Shown piece by piece: positions 8,263-18,309 of a stretch of 64,000 bases of DNA; the stretch's first letter is position 1; each line of letters opens with the position of its first letter. The position numbers were made by a program, and so were the translations under genes. Under the pieces are notes generated by a model. The model ran no database searches and had not been told where the DNA came from. It worked only from the letters and a program-made list of their open reading frames with translations. Location: the NCBI GenBank assembly GCA_963734695.1, contig CAVTIL010000011.1:158144-222143 (forward strand). The letters run 5' to 3'. The DNA comes from an uncultured Acidobacteriota bacterium (GTDB lineage Bacteria > Acidobacteriota > Vicinamibacteria > Vicinamibacterales > 2-12-FULL-66-21).

Positions 8263-10983
8263 CTATTGTTCCGAGGCGATCTTGATCCAGACGCCGAGGA
8301 ACCGATCGTCCCGGCTCTTCGGATCGACTGCGGAGGGCCGGAATCCCGTCGACGTCGTGATGGTCACGAGCGCTGCTCCACGTTGAGGATCTATCGGGAT
8401 CTGGACTCGGCGCTCTTCGCCCGCGCCAAGCGACATTTCGTCACGCCACCCGGACTGATTCGAACCTGATGTGGTTGTCCACCGGCGCATTGCGGACGAA
8501 CAGGGTTGCCATGCCGGATGATCCGTCGGGCTGGATGACGATGGCTGCGCTGCGCGCGCCGCCAATCCAGAACGCCTCTGGCTCGGGAAAGGCGCGGTCG
8601 TCCAGGAAGAATACGCTGGCAGTGCCATAACGCACGGCGCGGCGCGCGGAATCGCCGGCAAGCCGGGCGCTGGCCGGCACGACCGAGAGCGGCTCGATCG
8701 TCAGCGCTCGCACGCTCCGGCGGGCCTGTTCATCGCCGCGAACGACGATCGCGCGCACGTCAACGGGAAAATCCAGGTCGATCGGTTGCGGCGGGCTTCC
8801 GAGCGGACCGCTTTTCAGCGAGAACTGATCGCGGCCGATGCCGATCATCAACCAGCCGCTCGCACCGGCGCCGCGTGGACGCAGTCGGTATCGTCCGGCA
8901 GGAACCGCAGCGACCTGATACAGGGGCCGATCGTTTGGACCCGCGCCCCCGGGCGCCGTGGATGGCCTGGGCTCCATGCGCAGGAGCGGCGGCACTTCCT
9001 GAACGTCGAGCCGGTGGACCGCCGGGAGCCCAAACGTCAGCGTGTGGCGCTCCGACCCGAGACGGCGGAGGATTTCCAGCTGCGCCGGGGTAAGGTTCCG
9101 CCCGTCCACGCCGGCGAGCGCCCACACGATCGTCAGAGCTACCATCACGGCTGCGGCATAGGTGACGCCAGTGGCTGCCGCAAGCGCTCCCCGGCCCGCG
9201 CAGCCAGCTCTTTCCCTCGACCGCTCGCAACACCGCCCACCAGGCAACGAACGACACGGCCCAAATCGCGACATCTCTGATACAGGAGCATCTCGCGATC
9301 GCGCCACCACGCAGGGATACCGAGCGCCAGATCCGTCGTGCTGTTCAACCAGTCGAGCCACACGGCGTATGTTTCGCGGCCGTTGAATGCGAGGCGGCCA
9401 CCGTCGACGAACACGAGCGACGCCGATGTAAAGGCCGTCAGCGCGAGGGCGGCGAAGACGGTCGCACGCGTCGCGCGGTGTCGAATCCGCGTCCATCCGA
9501 CGCCGGCAGGAATCGCGAGAAGCGGAAGCATCGGGACGAAGAACCGCGCCGGCGCGCTGTGCCCACCCCACCACATCGCGAAGTGCGTCACGGCGATCAG
9601 GTACGGCACCACAACGAAGAGCAACTCACATCCGAGCCGCCGCGATCGGCGATCAGTCAGCATCGCGCCGAGGCCGGCAAATGACACGACCAGGACCGGC
9701 GCATAGGCCAGCAGGCCGAATCGCTGATCGAAAAACAGTCCCGTCAGGCCTCCGGGGATGAACGACGCCGACCCTTCTTCATTCGCATAGGGTGCCGACG
9801 GATCGGGCGTGCCATAGATCGCGATGAAGAACCCGATCCAGCAGATGGCGCTGATGGCGGGGATCGTCAGGAACGCGACCGCCTTCCCGGCGGCATTCCG
9901 TGTTTTCGACAGTCTCCAAATGATCAGCGCGCCGAGGCTGCCGGCGATGAGTGCAAACCTCGTATGGATCCACGGCAGCGCAGCCAGCGCCGCACCATGC
10001 AGCCACCATGGACCGATCCGCTCAGAGCCGGACTCCGATTCCTGCTCCGCACGGAGCAACGCCCAGACGCCGGTCAGTGCGATGACTCCACCAGGGCCGT
10101 CCGGGTACACCGTGAAACTGTGAAAGATCCCGCTGACGGTGAGCGTCACGGCCGCCCAGCCAAACCACGCGGCGTCAGCCCGGCGTGTCACCTGCCACGT
10201 GAGGAGCCACGACAGGGCGCTGCCCGCCGACGCGATCAGAATCAGAAAGACCACGACGCCGTGATATCCGGCGATGGCAAATGCGGGTGCGACGATTGCC
10301 GGGAGGCCAGGCGCATGGATCGAATAGATCTCGCCGTTCCGCCCGCGGCGGCGGAAATCCGGCTTCGGCAGTTCTCCGGCAAAGTATGCGCGGTAGTCGC
10401 CGTTGCGATGATTGTTCTCGATCCGCAGATCATGATCCTTCAACAGGCTCTGCGTGATGATCAGGTAGTGCGGCTCGTCGCCTCCCGGGACCGATGGAGA
10501 CGCCTGCCACGCCGCGATCGCATAAACCGCGCACGCGAGCGCACCCGCCGTCAAAGCCGGCCGATGGTCGAACACTTCCTGGAAGAGGCGCTCGCGAACG
10601 GCGCGAACAATCGCCGGCGACGAGAACGCCAGCGCCAGCATGATCCCCAGCCACACGGTCAGTGCGAGCGGCCCGGACCAGATGAGAAGCGCCGCAGGCA
10701 GTGACGCCGACAGCCACGGAAGCAGGAGCAGCAGGAGCAGCCAGAGCGGCGCGAGCGACGCACCCAATCGCCAGGCCAGCCAGACGCCCACTGCCGCGAA
10801 AGCCACGATCAACGCGGCTGAGATGGAGAGCGGAAGAAGCGCGATTCGTGAGTCGCCTGAGCCTGTGACTGCGACCGTGCCCTGCGACAACCAAGCGGCC
10901 AGCGCAGTGGCCAGGAGCGCTGCCACGAGCACGGAGCGTGGCACGGGAGACTCGCGAGGAATTGGCGGTAGAATGTCCCGCAT
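8263..10983 (-). pseudogene. GT-C-like polytopic membrane protein (putative glycosyltransferase) with C-terminal soluble domain, about 3 frameshifts
   Basis: ORFs 9145..11055, 8760..9257, 8441..9574 and 8263..8661 read through as one protein. It has many TM helices and the motif GGDEPHYLIITQSLLKDHDL. Junctions are ..AWWRDREMLLYQ|RDVAIWAVSFVAWWAVL.. at about 9275, ..RGPGS|ALAAATGVTYAAAVMVAL.. at about 9185 and ..NHIRFES|GWRDEMSLGAGE.. at about 8470. The start is probably MRDILPP (10983). Confidence 0.6.
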
Positions 10984-10988
10984 TCTAC

Positions 10989-12668
10989 ATGGAGCGACGT
11001 CCGGATTCCATCGCGGCGCGTGCGCCGAGTGCCGCGATCGCATGCGGCCTCGCACTCCTGTTCGCCGTCGTCATGACGTGGCCGTTGGCCACCGGGCTTG
11101 GCCGCCTCGGCCGCACCACGACGATGGATGGGCTTTACGGAATCTGGAACGTCGGCTGGGTCGCGCACGCCATCGTGACGGATCCGGCGTCACTCTTCGA
11201 CGCCAACATTTTCTATCCTCACCGCGCCACGCTCGCCTACTCGGAAGCCAATATCGTCGCGGGCATCGTCGGCATTCCCGCGTGGCTGCTGACGCGCAAC
11301 GCATACGCCGCGCATAACACGGCCCTCCTCTTCGCCTTCGCTACGTCATTTCTCGGCATGTGGCTCCTTGCGCGCCACCTGTCAGGACGCGCTGACACGT
11401 CGGTGGTCCCGGCGATTCTGTTCGCGTTCTGCCCATACTTCTACTCCCACAGCGCTCACGTGCAGCTGCTGATGGCCGGAGGCATACCGCTCTCCATGCT
11501 TGCGCTGCATCGGCTGGCCGATGGTCCATCGATCCGGCGCGGAGTCGTGCTCGGTGTGGTATTGGCCACCCAGGCCCTCGCGTGTGCTTACTACGGCATT
11601 TTCGCAGGACTGATGGTCAGCTACGGGGTGTTGTTCCTTGCTGCGCGGCGCCGCTTGTGGAGCAACCGCGCGTTCTGGATCTCCGTGGGGGTCGCCGCAG
11701 CCGTCGCTGGACTGATCGTGTTGCCGTTCTTCATCCCGTATCTCGAACTGCAGCGGGAAGGCGGGTTCGTGCGATCGCTGGACGACGCGCGGAGGTACTC
11801 CGCGACGTGGCAAAGCTACCTGGCGTCGCCGGCGCACGCTCACGGACCGATTCTGTCGGTGGCCAGGCGAATGGGCTGGCATGTCGGCGAGGTGTTGTTC
11901 CCGGGAATCCTCGCCGTGGCCCTTGGCGGCATCGGCGCTGCGCTGGGCTGGGCGCCTGATGTGCGGAACGCGAACGGCGGCAGCGATCGGGATGCATTGT
12001 TGCTCTATGGCTCGCTGGGCGTGCTCGCGCTCTGGGGATCGTTCGGTCCTGACGCGCATCTCTACACGGTCCTCTATCGTGTCGTCCCGCTCTTTACGTT
12101 CCTGCGGGCGCCGTCGCGCTTCGGATTGCTGCTGGTGTTCGTGCTGGCCGTCTTCGCGTCGCTGGCGTTGAGACGCCTCGCGCCGGCCGCTGGCCGCCGC
12201 GGGCTCGCCTGCTCGGCGGCGCTCTCCGTGCTGGCGGTTGCGGAACTGAATGTCGTGCCGTTCCCATGGGAGCGCGCCCTGCCGGTGTCAGACAACTACC
12301 GGGTGCTCGCCGGGATGCCGCGCGCCGCGGTGGCCGAGTTTCCCTTCTACGGAGAGCGCGTCGCGTTCCCCCTGCATGCGCAGTACATGGTGCTCTCGAC
12401 CACCCACTGGCTGCCGCTCGTCAACGGCTACAGCGATTACATCCCCAGGGATTTTCGGGAAGCCGCTTCGGTCCTCGACTCGTTCCCGTCGAACGACACC
12501 TTCGCCGTGCTGCAGAAACATCGAGTCCGCTACGTGACCATTCACTGGGACATGTATGGGCCGCGCGCCGAGGAGATCAGGACGAAGCTGATGGCGTTCG
12601 AGCGGTATCTGCGGCCTCTAGGGGCCGACGACACGATGAGTCTTTACGAGATTATCGGGTTTCCGTGA
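10989..12668 (+). CDS. GT-C-like polytopic membrane protein (putative glycosyltransferase, family unknown)
   Basis: ORF 10938..12668, with a likely start at MERRPDS (10989). It has at least 10 hydrophobic helices, e.g. ACGLALLFAVVMTW and GIVGIPAWLLT. The motif LFDANIFYPHRATLAYSE resembles periplasmic-loop motifs of GT-C-type proteins. The C-terminal domain is soluble. Confidence 0.6.
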   Translation: MERRPDSIAARAPSAAIACGLALLFAVVMTWPLATGLGRLGRTTTMDGLYGIWNVGWVAHAIVTDPASLFDANIFYPHRATLAYSEANIVAGIVGIPAWLLTRNAYAAHNTALLFAFATSFLGMWLLARHLSGRADTSVVPAILFAFCPYFYSHSAHVQLLMAGGIPLSMLALHRLADGPSIRRGVVLGVVLATQALACAYYGIFAGLMVSYGVLFLAARRRLWSNRAFWISVGVAAAVAGLIVLPFFIPYLELQREGGFVRSLDDARRYSATWQSYLASPAHAHGPILSVARRMGWHVGEVLFPGILAVALGGIGAALGWAPDVRNANGGSDRDALLLYGSLGVLALWGSFGPDAHLYTVLYRVVPLFTFLRAPSRFGLLLVFVLAVFASLALRRLAPAAGRRGLACSAALSVLAVAELNVVPFPWERALPVSDNYRVLAGMPRAAVAEFPFYGERVAFPLHAQYMVLSTTHWLPLVNGYSDYIPRDFREAASVLDSFPSNDTFAVLQKHRVRYVTIHWDMYGPRAEEIRTKLMAFERYLRPLGADDTMSLYEIIGFP

Positions 12669-12854
12669 TGGCGCGCTCACGGAGGTGGCGGGAGACACGA
12701 GAGGCTTTACGACGTGCGGGCACGCCGACGCTGGGCCGGTTCGATTCCCGTCTGGCTCACTTCTTCACCAGTCAACACCATCAAGGACTTGCGGGCGGTC
12801 GTAACCGCCATCGCAAACAGGAATCGAAGCCGTCCGGGCACTCACTTGGGCGGA

Positions 12855-12883
12855 TTGACTAAACCCATCGATAGGTTTATGAT
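12855..12883 (+). promoter_or_regulatory. candidate sigma70-type promoter and operator of hicAB
   Basis: TTGACT (12855..12860), a 17-nt spacer and TATGAT (12878..12883). The spacer holds the inverted repeat AAACCcatcgatagGTTT. GTG at 12890 lies 6 nt after the -10 box, implying a leaderless or near-leaderless mRNA. Confidence 0.45.
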
Positions 12884-13075
12884 TTGGACGTGACCTGGGC
12901 CGAGGTAATCCGCAAACTGAAGGCCGCCGGGTTCGTCGAGGTCCGGTCCGGGAAGGGCAGCCATTTGCTGCTGAAGCACCCCACGGCCGGCAAGGAAGTG
13001 TGGGTGACGGTTCATACCAGGAAAGATGCCGGGCGGCTCGGCAATCGCATCCTGCGCGAGGCGGGTATCGAATGA
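12884..13075 (+). CDS. hicA: type II toxin HicA (mRNA interferase family)
   Basis: 63-aa ORF ..TWAEVIRKLKAAGFVEVRSGKGSHLLLKHP..VWVTVHTRKDAGRLGNRILREAGI matches the HicA/YcfA pattern. The start is TTG at 12884 or, more likely, GTG at 12890. Confidence 0.85.
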   Translation: MDVTWAEVIRKLKAAGFVEVRSGKGSHLLLKHPTAGKEVWVTVHTRKDAGRLGNRILREAGIE

Positions 13076-13431
13076 CAATGCTCTATCCGATCGTCCTGGA
13101 AACTGAAGAGAACGGCGCCGTGAGCGCTTACGTGCCGGGACTCCCCGTGTATGCCGCGGCCGATTCGCACGCGAAGGCCGAGCGCGCCATCCGCGCGGTG
13201 CTGGCCGATTACCTCAGCGCGCACCCGGCCAGTCGTCCAGGCGCACGAGTCCGCGTCGCACGCGTTTCCGATCGAGGGAAGACGCGAATCAGCGTCGTTG
13301 GTGTTGCCGCTCTGGTGGGCGCGAAGCGCAGCGACGCGAAGGCGCGGGCCTCGCGTGCCAATGGCCGGCTCGGCGGGCGCCCTCCCAAGAACGCGACCAT
13401 ACGAACGACTCGGACGAAGGCATCGCGCTGA
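13072..13431 (+). CDS. hicB: type II antitoxin HicB-like with basic C-terminal tail
   Basis: The start ATG at 13072 overlaps the hicA stop (ATGA). The N-terminus MTMLYPIVLETEENGAVSAYVPGLPVYAAADSHAKAERAIRAVLADYL is HicB/UPF0150-like. The C-terminus carries ..KARASRANGRLGGRPPK. Confidence 0.8.
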   Translation: MTMLYPIVLETEENGAVSAYVPGLPVYAAADSHAKAERAIRAVLADYLSAHPASRPGARVRVARVSDRGKTRISVVGVAALVGAKRSDAKARASRANGRLGGRPPKNATIRTTRTKASR

Positions 13432-13511
13432 AGGGTCGCCGCGGCGGCAGTCTCACGACCATCACGCGGCACGCCGCAGCCTGTCGACAGCGGACTGCAT
13501 CCAGCTGCCCC

Positions 13512-15156
13512 TCACGGCTCAAACCTCTCCCACCGGTCACGAACGGTCTCCATCAGCTTCTGAAATCGTGGTTGGCTGCGGAGTCTCCCGAAGCAGGGAT
13601 CGTGTTGCGCGAGAAACGGATAGTTGATGAAACCACGATCGACGGCAATCGCGAGCCAGTGCAGCGCCCGCTCCGACATGCCGGCCAGCGCGTAGCCCTC
13701 GGCGACGAACCGCGGAAACACGTCTGCAGCGGTGGCGACCGCCTCAATCTCCGCTGTCATTGTCGCGTGCGCGTCCTGGGCGTTCCCCGCAAGGGCGTGC
13801 GCCAGGAAACACGCGAGCCGCGCCGGGACCGTATCGCGCAACTCGGGCGGGAACGTCTCCAGGACCGAGCGGACCGTCTCCGTGCGGCGATTGAGCACCA
13901 GCACCCAGACGTAGAACAGCCGCGCCATCGGGTTCCCTGGATCCATTTCAGACATCTGCCGGTACGGCTCGACGGCCGCGGCAAAGTTCCCCTCCAATGC
14001 ATCGGCGAACGCCGGCATGCAACGGCTGACCGGGGTCAGGGGATCGACCGCCAGCGCGCGCTCGATGAGCGGGCGTGCGGCCGCCATCTTTCCGGATATC
14101 AGGTAACAGTTGACCAGCAGGAGGAGCGTGTCGGCGTGATTGGGCTCGATCGCGAGCGCCGCTTTCAAATCGTGCACCGCGTCCTGGATCCGCCCGCGGC
14201 CGTAGTGGATCCACCCACGCAGCTGCAACCCTGACGCGGATGCCGGCTCGAGCGCGAAGACTTTCCGCGCGCAGCCTTCGGCTTCATCGAGCGGGCGCTC
14301 GCTGAGGTCGATGCCGGCTTCCCGGTATTGAAGATACGCGTGGCCCAGCGCCGCGTACAGCCCGGCGTTGTCGCCGACAATCGCGAGCCCGTTGCGCAGG
14401 AGCTGTATCGCATGATCAATCGCATCCTCCCGCCAACGCCAGGCTTCCTGGCGCGCCCGGAGATAGCATTCGTAGGCGTGCACATTCACGATGGGACGGT
14501 CGGCCAGCCGCCGGTCTTCGTCGGCGGTGAGCCGGAGCTCCAAGGCGTCCACGATGACACGGGCGAGGCGTTCCTGCATCGCGAAGACGTCGGCGATCGA
14601 CCCGTCGTACGTGTCGGCCCACAGGTGATCGTCGGTGGTGGCATCGATCAACTGAGCGGTGATCCGCAGCCGGTCGCCGGCTCGGCGCACGCTGCCTTCC
14701 AGGAGGTACCGCACTCGCAGCTCTCGCGCGATCGTGTTGACGTCCTTGCTCGTTCGCTTGAACGTCATCGCTGAGGTCCGTGAGATGACGCGAAGGGCGC
14801 CGATTCTGGACGAGATCGGCCGTCACTTCGTCGGTGAGGCCGTCCGCAAAGTACTCGTTTTCCGGATCGGTGCTCAGGTTCGTAAATGGCAACACGGCGA
14901 TCGACGTGATCCGGCCGATGCCGGGATCGCTGCGACCGGCCGCAGCAGGCGACGGCGCGGAGCGGCGTTGGCCGGTCTGTCGCCACGATTCGATTTCGGA
15001 TTTGTACGCGTAGACGCTGCCAAGCACACGATGCACCTGGCGGTGCACGGGCAGGCCCTCCTCGCGTTCCCAGCGGCGCACCGTGCGCACGCCGCGCTTC
15101 AGGTAGGTGGCAATCTCCTTCCACGAATCGAGACGGTCTTCAGGAGAGGCTGGCAC
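13512..15156 (-). pseudogene. HTH / TolB-N-like / TPR-repeat regulatory protein, one frameshift
   Basis: ORFs 14416..15156 and 13512..14768 form one gene. The N-terminal HTH is DSWKEIATYLKRGVRTVRRWEREEGLPVH. It is followed by IAVLPFTNLSTDPENEYFADGLTDEVTADL|SRIGALRVISRTSAMTFK, with one extra nt at about 14811. TPR-like repeats extend to the C-terminus. Confidence 0.75.
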
Positions 15157-15329
15157 GCGGCGCTCATTCTAGCCCGCGACCGTGGCGGAGCCGAAGTGGG
15201 CCAAAGCGGGCCATCGGCGCCTCGGCCTCCTTTGTCGGCTTGGCGTGCCCCTCTGGAGCGCGTAGCGTCGACCTGCTGGTCACGCGGTCGAACCGGCCGC
15301 TTCGTGATTCGTTCTCACAGGAGGCTTCC

Positions 15330-15878
15330 ATGATGTCGTTCCACGCAGTCCGCGCCCTCGCCGTTGTCGCGTTTACAACGCTGTTCATCAGTAGCGGTGA
15401 TGCACGCGCGGTCAGCGACTCGGCCGCCGCAGGTCACCCTCAGGCCCCGAGGACGGTGAGGGTCGCCGGTAGCGGCTTCGATGATCTCAACAACGCCATC
15501 GTTCACAGGCAGACGCCCACACCGACGGGAATGATCCAGCAGAGCACGGAGATCGTCGAGCTCTTCGGCGACTTGCGGGGACGGGTGCTCTATCACGTCA
15601 CGTCCGTCTTCGACTTTGTCAACGGCACGCTCGTGAATACAGGAGATCAGGTGTATTCAGGAACCATCGCCGGCTCGGCTCCCGTCATGATTCACGACGA
15701 CCAGTTTCGCTTCGATGTCAACCTGGTCACGGGGGAAGAATCCGGTCAGGTGTTCTTCTTCAATCACATCGCCGGTCCGAAAGTCAGATGCGCACTTGAC
15801 GTCGTCGGAACCGGGGTCACTGCTGAAGGTAACCCCACGTTCGACTACACCGGGACGTGCACGTTCCGCGGTGAATAG
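15330..15878 (+). CDS. secreted hypothetical protein
   Basis: The ATG at 15330 is preceded by caGGAGGcttcc. The signal peptide is MMSFHAVRALAVVAFTTLFISSGDARA. I recognise no family. Confidence 0.6.
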   Translation: MMSFHAVRALAVVAFTTLFISSGDARAVSDSAAAGHPQAPRTVRVAGSGFDDLNNAIVHRQTPTPTGMIQQSTEIVELFGDLRGRVLYHVTSVFDFVNGTLVNTGDQVYSGTIAGSAPVMIHDDQFRFDVNLVTGEESGQVFFFNHIAGPKVRCALDVVGTGVTAEGNPTFDYTGTCTFRGE

Positions 15879-15879
15879 T

Positions 15880-15995
15880 GGGTGGGCGCCAAGCGCACCG
15901 TAGCGAAGGTGCGCGCATCGAGAGCCAACGGGAGGCTCGGCGGCGTCCTGCCAAACACGCGAGCACGCGGAAGAAGGCATCGCGCTAGCCCCTCC
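15880..15995 (+). repeat. orphan copy of the hicB 3' tail segment
   Basis: 15882.. translates GAKRTVAKVRASRANGRLGG, against GAKRSDAKARASRANGRLGG in HicB. DNA is alignable with 13315..13431, including the shared end gaaggcatcgcgct. Confidence 0.6.
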
Positions 15996-15997
15996 GA

Positions 15998-18298
15998 TCA
16001 CTTTTTGGTCGGCGTGCTCTTCTTCGCTGGCGTCTTCTTCGTCGTCGGCGTCGCCTTTTTCGTAGCAGCCTTCTTCTTGGCAGGGGGTTTCTTCGCGACA
16101 GTCGCCTTCGCCGGCGTCAGCGTCGAGATCGTACGCGGGATGCTGGCGCCGTCGGGATACAGGCGCCGGTAGTCCTCAGCAGTTCCCAGGATTCGCTTGA
16201 CGTAGTTCTGCGTCTCCGGGAACGGAATGTCGTCGATGAATTCGTCCTCATCGAGATCCTGGCGCTCCTCTTTCCACCGCACCACTCGACTGTCGCCCGC
16301 GTTGTAGCTCGCGAGCGCGTAGTAGGTGCCGCCGAACTTCGACACGAGCTCCGAGAAATACAACGTCCCGAGCCGGATGTTGATTTCCGGGTTCGTCAAC
16401 GACGCCGTGGTGAAGCCGCGGAGGCCAACCGATTTCGCCAGCTTCCGTCCTGTCGACGGCACCAGTTGCATCAGCCCCCACGCGTTGGCTGACGATCGCA
16501 CCCCCGCGTCGAAGGTTGATTCCTGGGCGATGAGCGCGGCCATGAGGTACGGATCGAGGTCGTACGCCGCCGACTGCTTCCGAATGGAGTCCCAGTAGAC
16601 GAGCGGAAAGATCACCTGAAGGATTTCGGACGGCAGACCCTGGCTCGCCGTCAGGAACTGCGGATACGTTCGGCGCATCAACGAAATCGCCCGCCGCAGC
16701 TCTCCCTTGCGGTTGTAGACCCACGCAATCGTCGCGTCGATCCGGGCCGAGTTTCCCCACGCGCGCTGCGCATACCGAAGCTCGCCGAGCGCGTCGTCGT
16801 ACATCTCGTTTGCGAGCAGCAGCCGGATCAGCGGCTCGGTCGGAATCGGCTTGACCTCGGGCAGCGGCGCCTGCGTGGTCGAGGCGAGACGCACGTCGGT
16901 GCGGGTCCCGACCACGTCGCCTTTTCGGGCAAGCTGCCGTTCCGCCAGGCGCCCGTAGTACGAGTTCGCGTAATCGGTATAGACGAGGCGCAGTCGAGAC
17001 TCCGCCTGTGTGCCTTCGCCGAGCCTGGCGTGCGCTCGCCCCGCCCAATAGAGGAACGATGGCCGGTAATCCGAACGGGGAAAACCGACTGACGCGCTTT
17101 CGAACACCCGGATCGTTTCGCCGTACTCTCCAGCCTTGTAGGCCGACCATCCGTACTTCCAGGCGGCGCGCTCCGCGCGCGGACCGGTCGGAAAGTGATC
17201 GTAAAGGTCTTTGAATGCCTTCGCGGCGCCCTCGTCATCGTCCTGGAGGAGGTAGTAGGTGCCGAGGTTGTTGAGGGCCTCCTCCGACCACGAGCTATCG
17301 GGGAACTCGGAGACCAGCGCCTGGGTCAAGGAGACGTATCGGTCTTCATCGTGCAGCTCGCGCAGGCTGCTCAGATAGAAGAACCGTGCTTCCGCCTTCC
17401 GCGATGCGCGATCGAGATAGGGCTGAACGCCGTCGCGCGCGGCCGCGTATCGCTTCACATTGAAATCGCATTCGGCAATGCGGAGGCTCACGAGCTCGCG
17501 GTCGTCCCCGTCAGTCGAGCCCTGGAGCGCCACGAACGCGGTTTTCGCATCCTCGAAACGCCTGGCGCCAAACAGCGTCTGCGCGCGCGCGAGATCGGCC
17601 TTCGAGTCCCGGCGCGTCACTTGATCCTGGAGCGACGCCAACTGGGACGCGGCGCCCGTCGCCGCGTCGCTCAGCGGGAAGTCGTAGTAGACGCGAAGGA
17701 ATGCCTGGGCGGCCTTGGCGCGATCGCCGGCCGCCAGGGCCGCGCGGCCGAGGCGCGACAGAAGGTCCTCGGTAATCGCCGCCTTCTGATCCGCGACCCG
17801 CTCGTACACCGCGACCGCGCCGGCATAGTCGCCTGCCAGTTCAGCGGCTTCTCCCGATGCCAGCCCGGCGGCCACGCTCACGTAACCGGGCGCCTTGCGA
17901 TCGATGACCGCGTCGAACGTTCGTCGCGCGTCGGCGACCTGCCCGAGCCGCAACTGCGCAAGCCCTCTGTAATAGGTCGCGTAATCGGCAAGCGCGGTCT
18001 TCGCCAGCGATGGCGTCGAGAACAGCGGAAGCGCCGCCTGATAGTTACTCTCCTGGAACTTTTTCAGCCCGTCGGTCAGCGGATCGAACGGCGCGGTTGA
18101 GCGCGTCGATCGTTCGCCTTCCGGCGGCACGAGCCAGAGATCGCTCAGGCTCGAGGACAGCGCGGGATGAGCGGTCGGAACGAGTTGTTGTGGCGCGGGC
18201 TGTGGTGGCGCGGGCGGTGTTTGAGAGGGTGGCGCCAGGAGCAGGGCACAGACCAGCGGCGGCAGTACTGAGCGCGCGGTGAAGTCGTAGATCGGCAC
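15998..18298 (-). CDS. soluble lytic murein transglycosylase (Slt70-like) with Lys-rich C-terminal tail
   Basis: 766 aa. A long TPR/superhelical N-terminal region is followed by an SLT catalytic domain (AQESTFDAGVRSSANAWGLMQLVPSTG...YNAG). The tail is KKPPAKKKAATKKATPTTKKTPAKKSTPTKK. Confidence 0.85.
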   Translation of the reverse strand: MPIYDFTARSVLPPLVCALLLAPPSQTPPAPPQPAPQQLVPTAHPALSSSLSDLWLVPPEGERSTRSTAPFDPLTDGLKKFQESNYQAALPLFSTPSLAKTALADYATYYRGLAQLRLGQVADARRTFDAVIDRKAPGYVSVAAGLASGEAAELAGDYAGAVAVYERVADQKAAITEDLLSRLGRAALAAGDRAKAAQAFLRVYYDFPLSDAATGAASQLASLQDQVTRRDSKADLARAQTLFGARRFEDAKTAFVALQGSTDGDDRELVSLRIAECDFNVKRYAAARDGVQPYLDRASRKAEARFFYLSSLRELHDEDRYVSLTQALVSEFPDSSWSEEALNNLGTYYLLQDDDEGAAKAFKDLYDHFPTGPRAERAAWKYGWSAYKAGEYGETIRVFESASVGFPRSDYRPSFLYWAGRAHARLGEGTQAESRLRLVYTDYANSYYGRLAERQLARKGDVVGTRTDVRLASTTQAPLPEVKPIPTEPLIRLLLANEMYDDALGELRYAQRAWGNSARIDATIAWVYNRKGELRRAISLMRRTYPQFLTASQGLPSEILQVIFPLVYWDSIRKQSAAYDLDPYLMAALIAQESTFDAGVRSSANAWGLMQLVPSTGRKLAKSVGLRGFTTASLTNPEINIRLGTLYFSELVSKFGGTYYALASYNAGDSRVVRWKEERQDLDEDEFIDDIPFPETQNYVKRILGTAEDYRRLYPDGASIPRTISTLTPAKATVAKKPPAKKKAATKKATPTTKKTPAKKSTPTKK

Positions 18299-18309
18299 GA
18301 TGGGTATTG

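Noticed and set aside
12685-12760. A complete tRNA gene containing GGTTCGATTCC.
   Set aside because: There is no 5' acceptor strand complementary to CTGGCTC, and no D-arm or anticodon arm can be drawn upstream. The T-stem also has a C-C mismatch. It is kept only as a possible 3' fragment.
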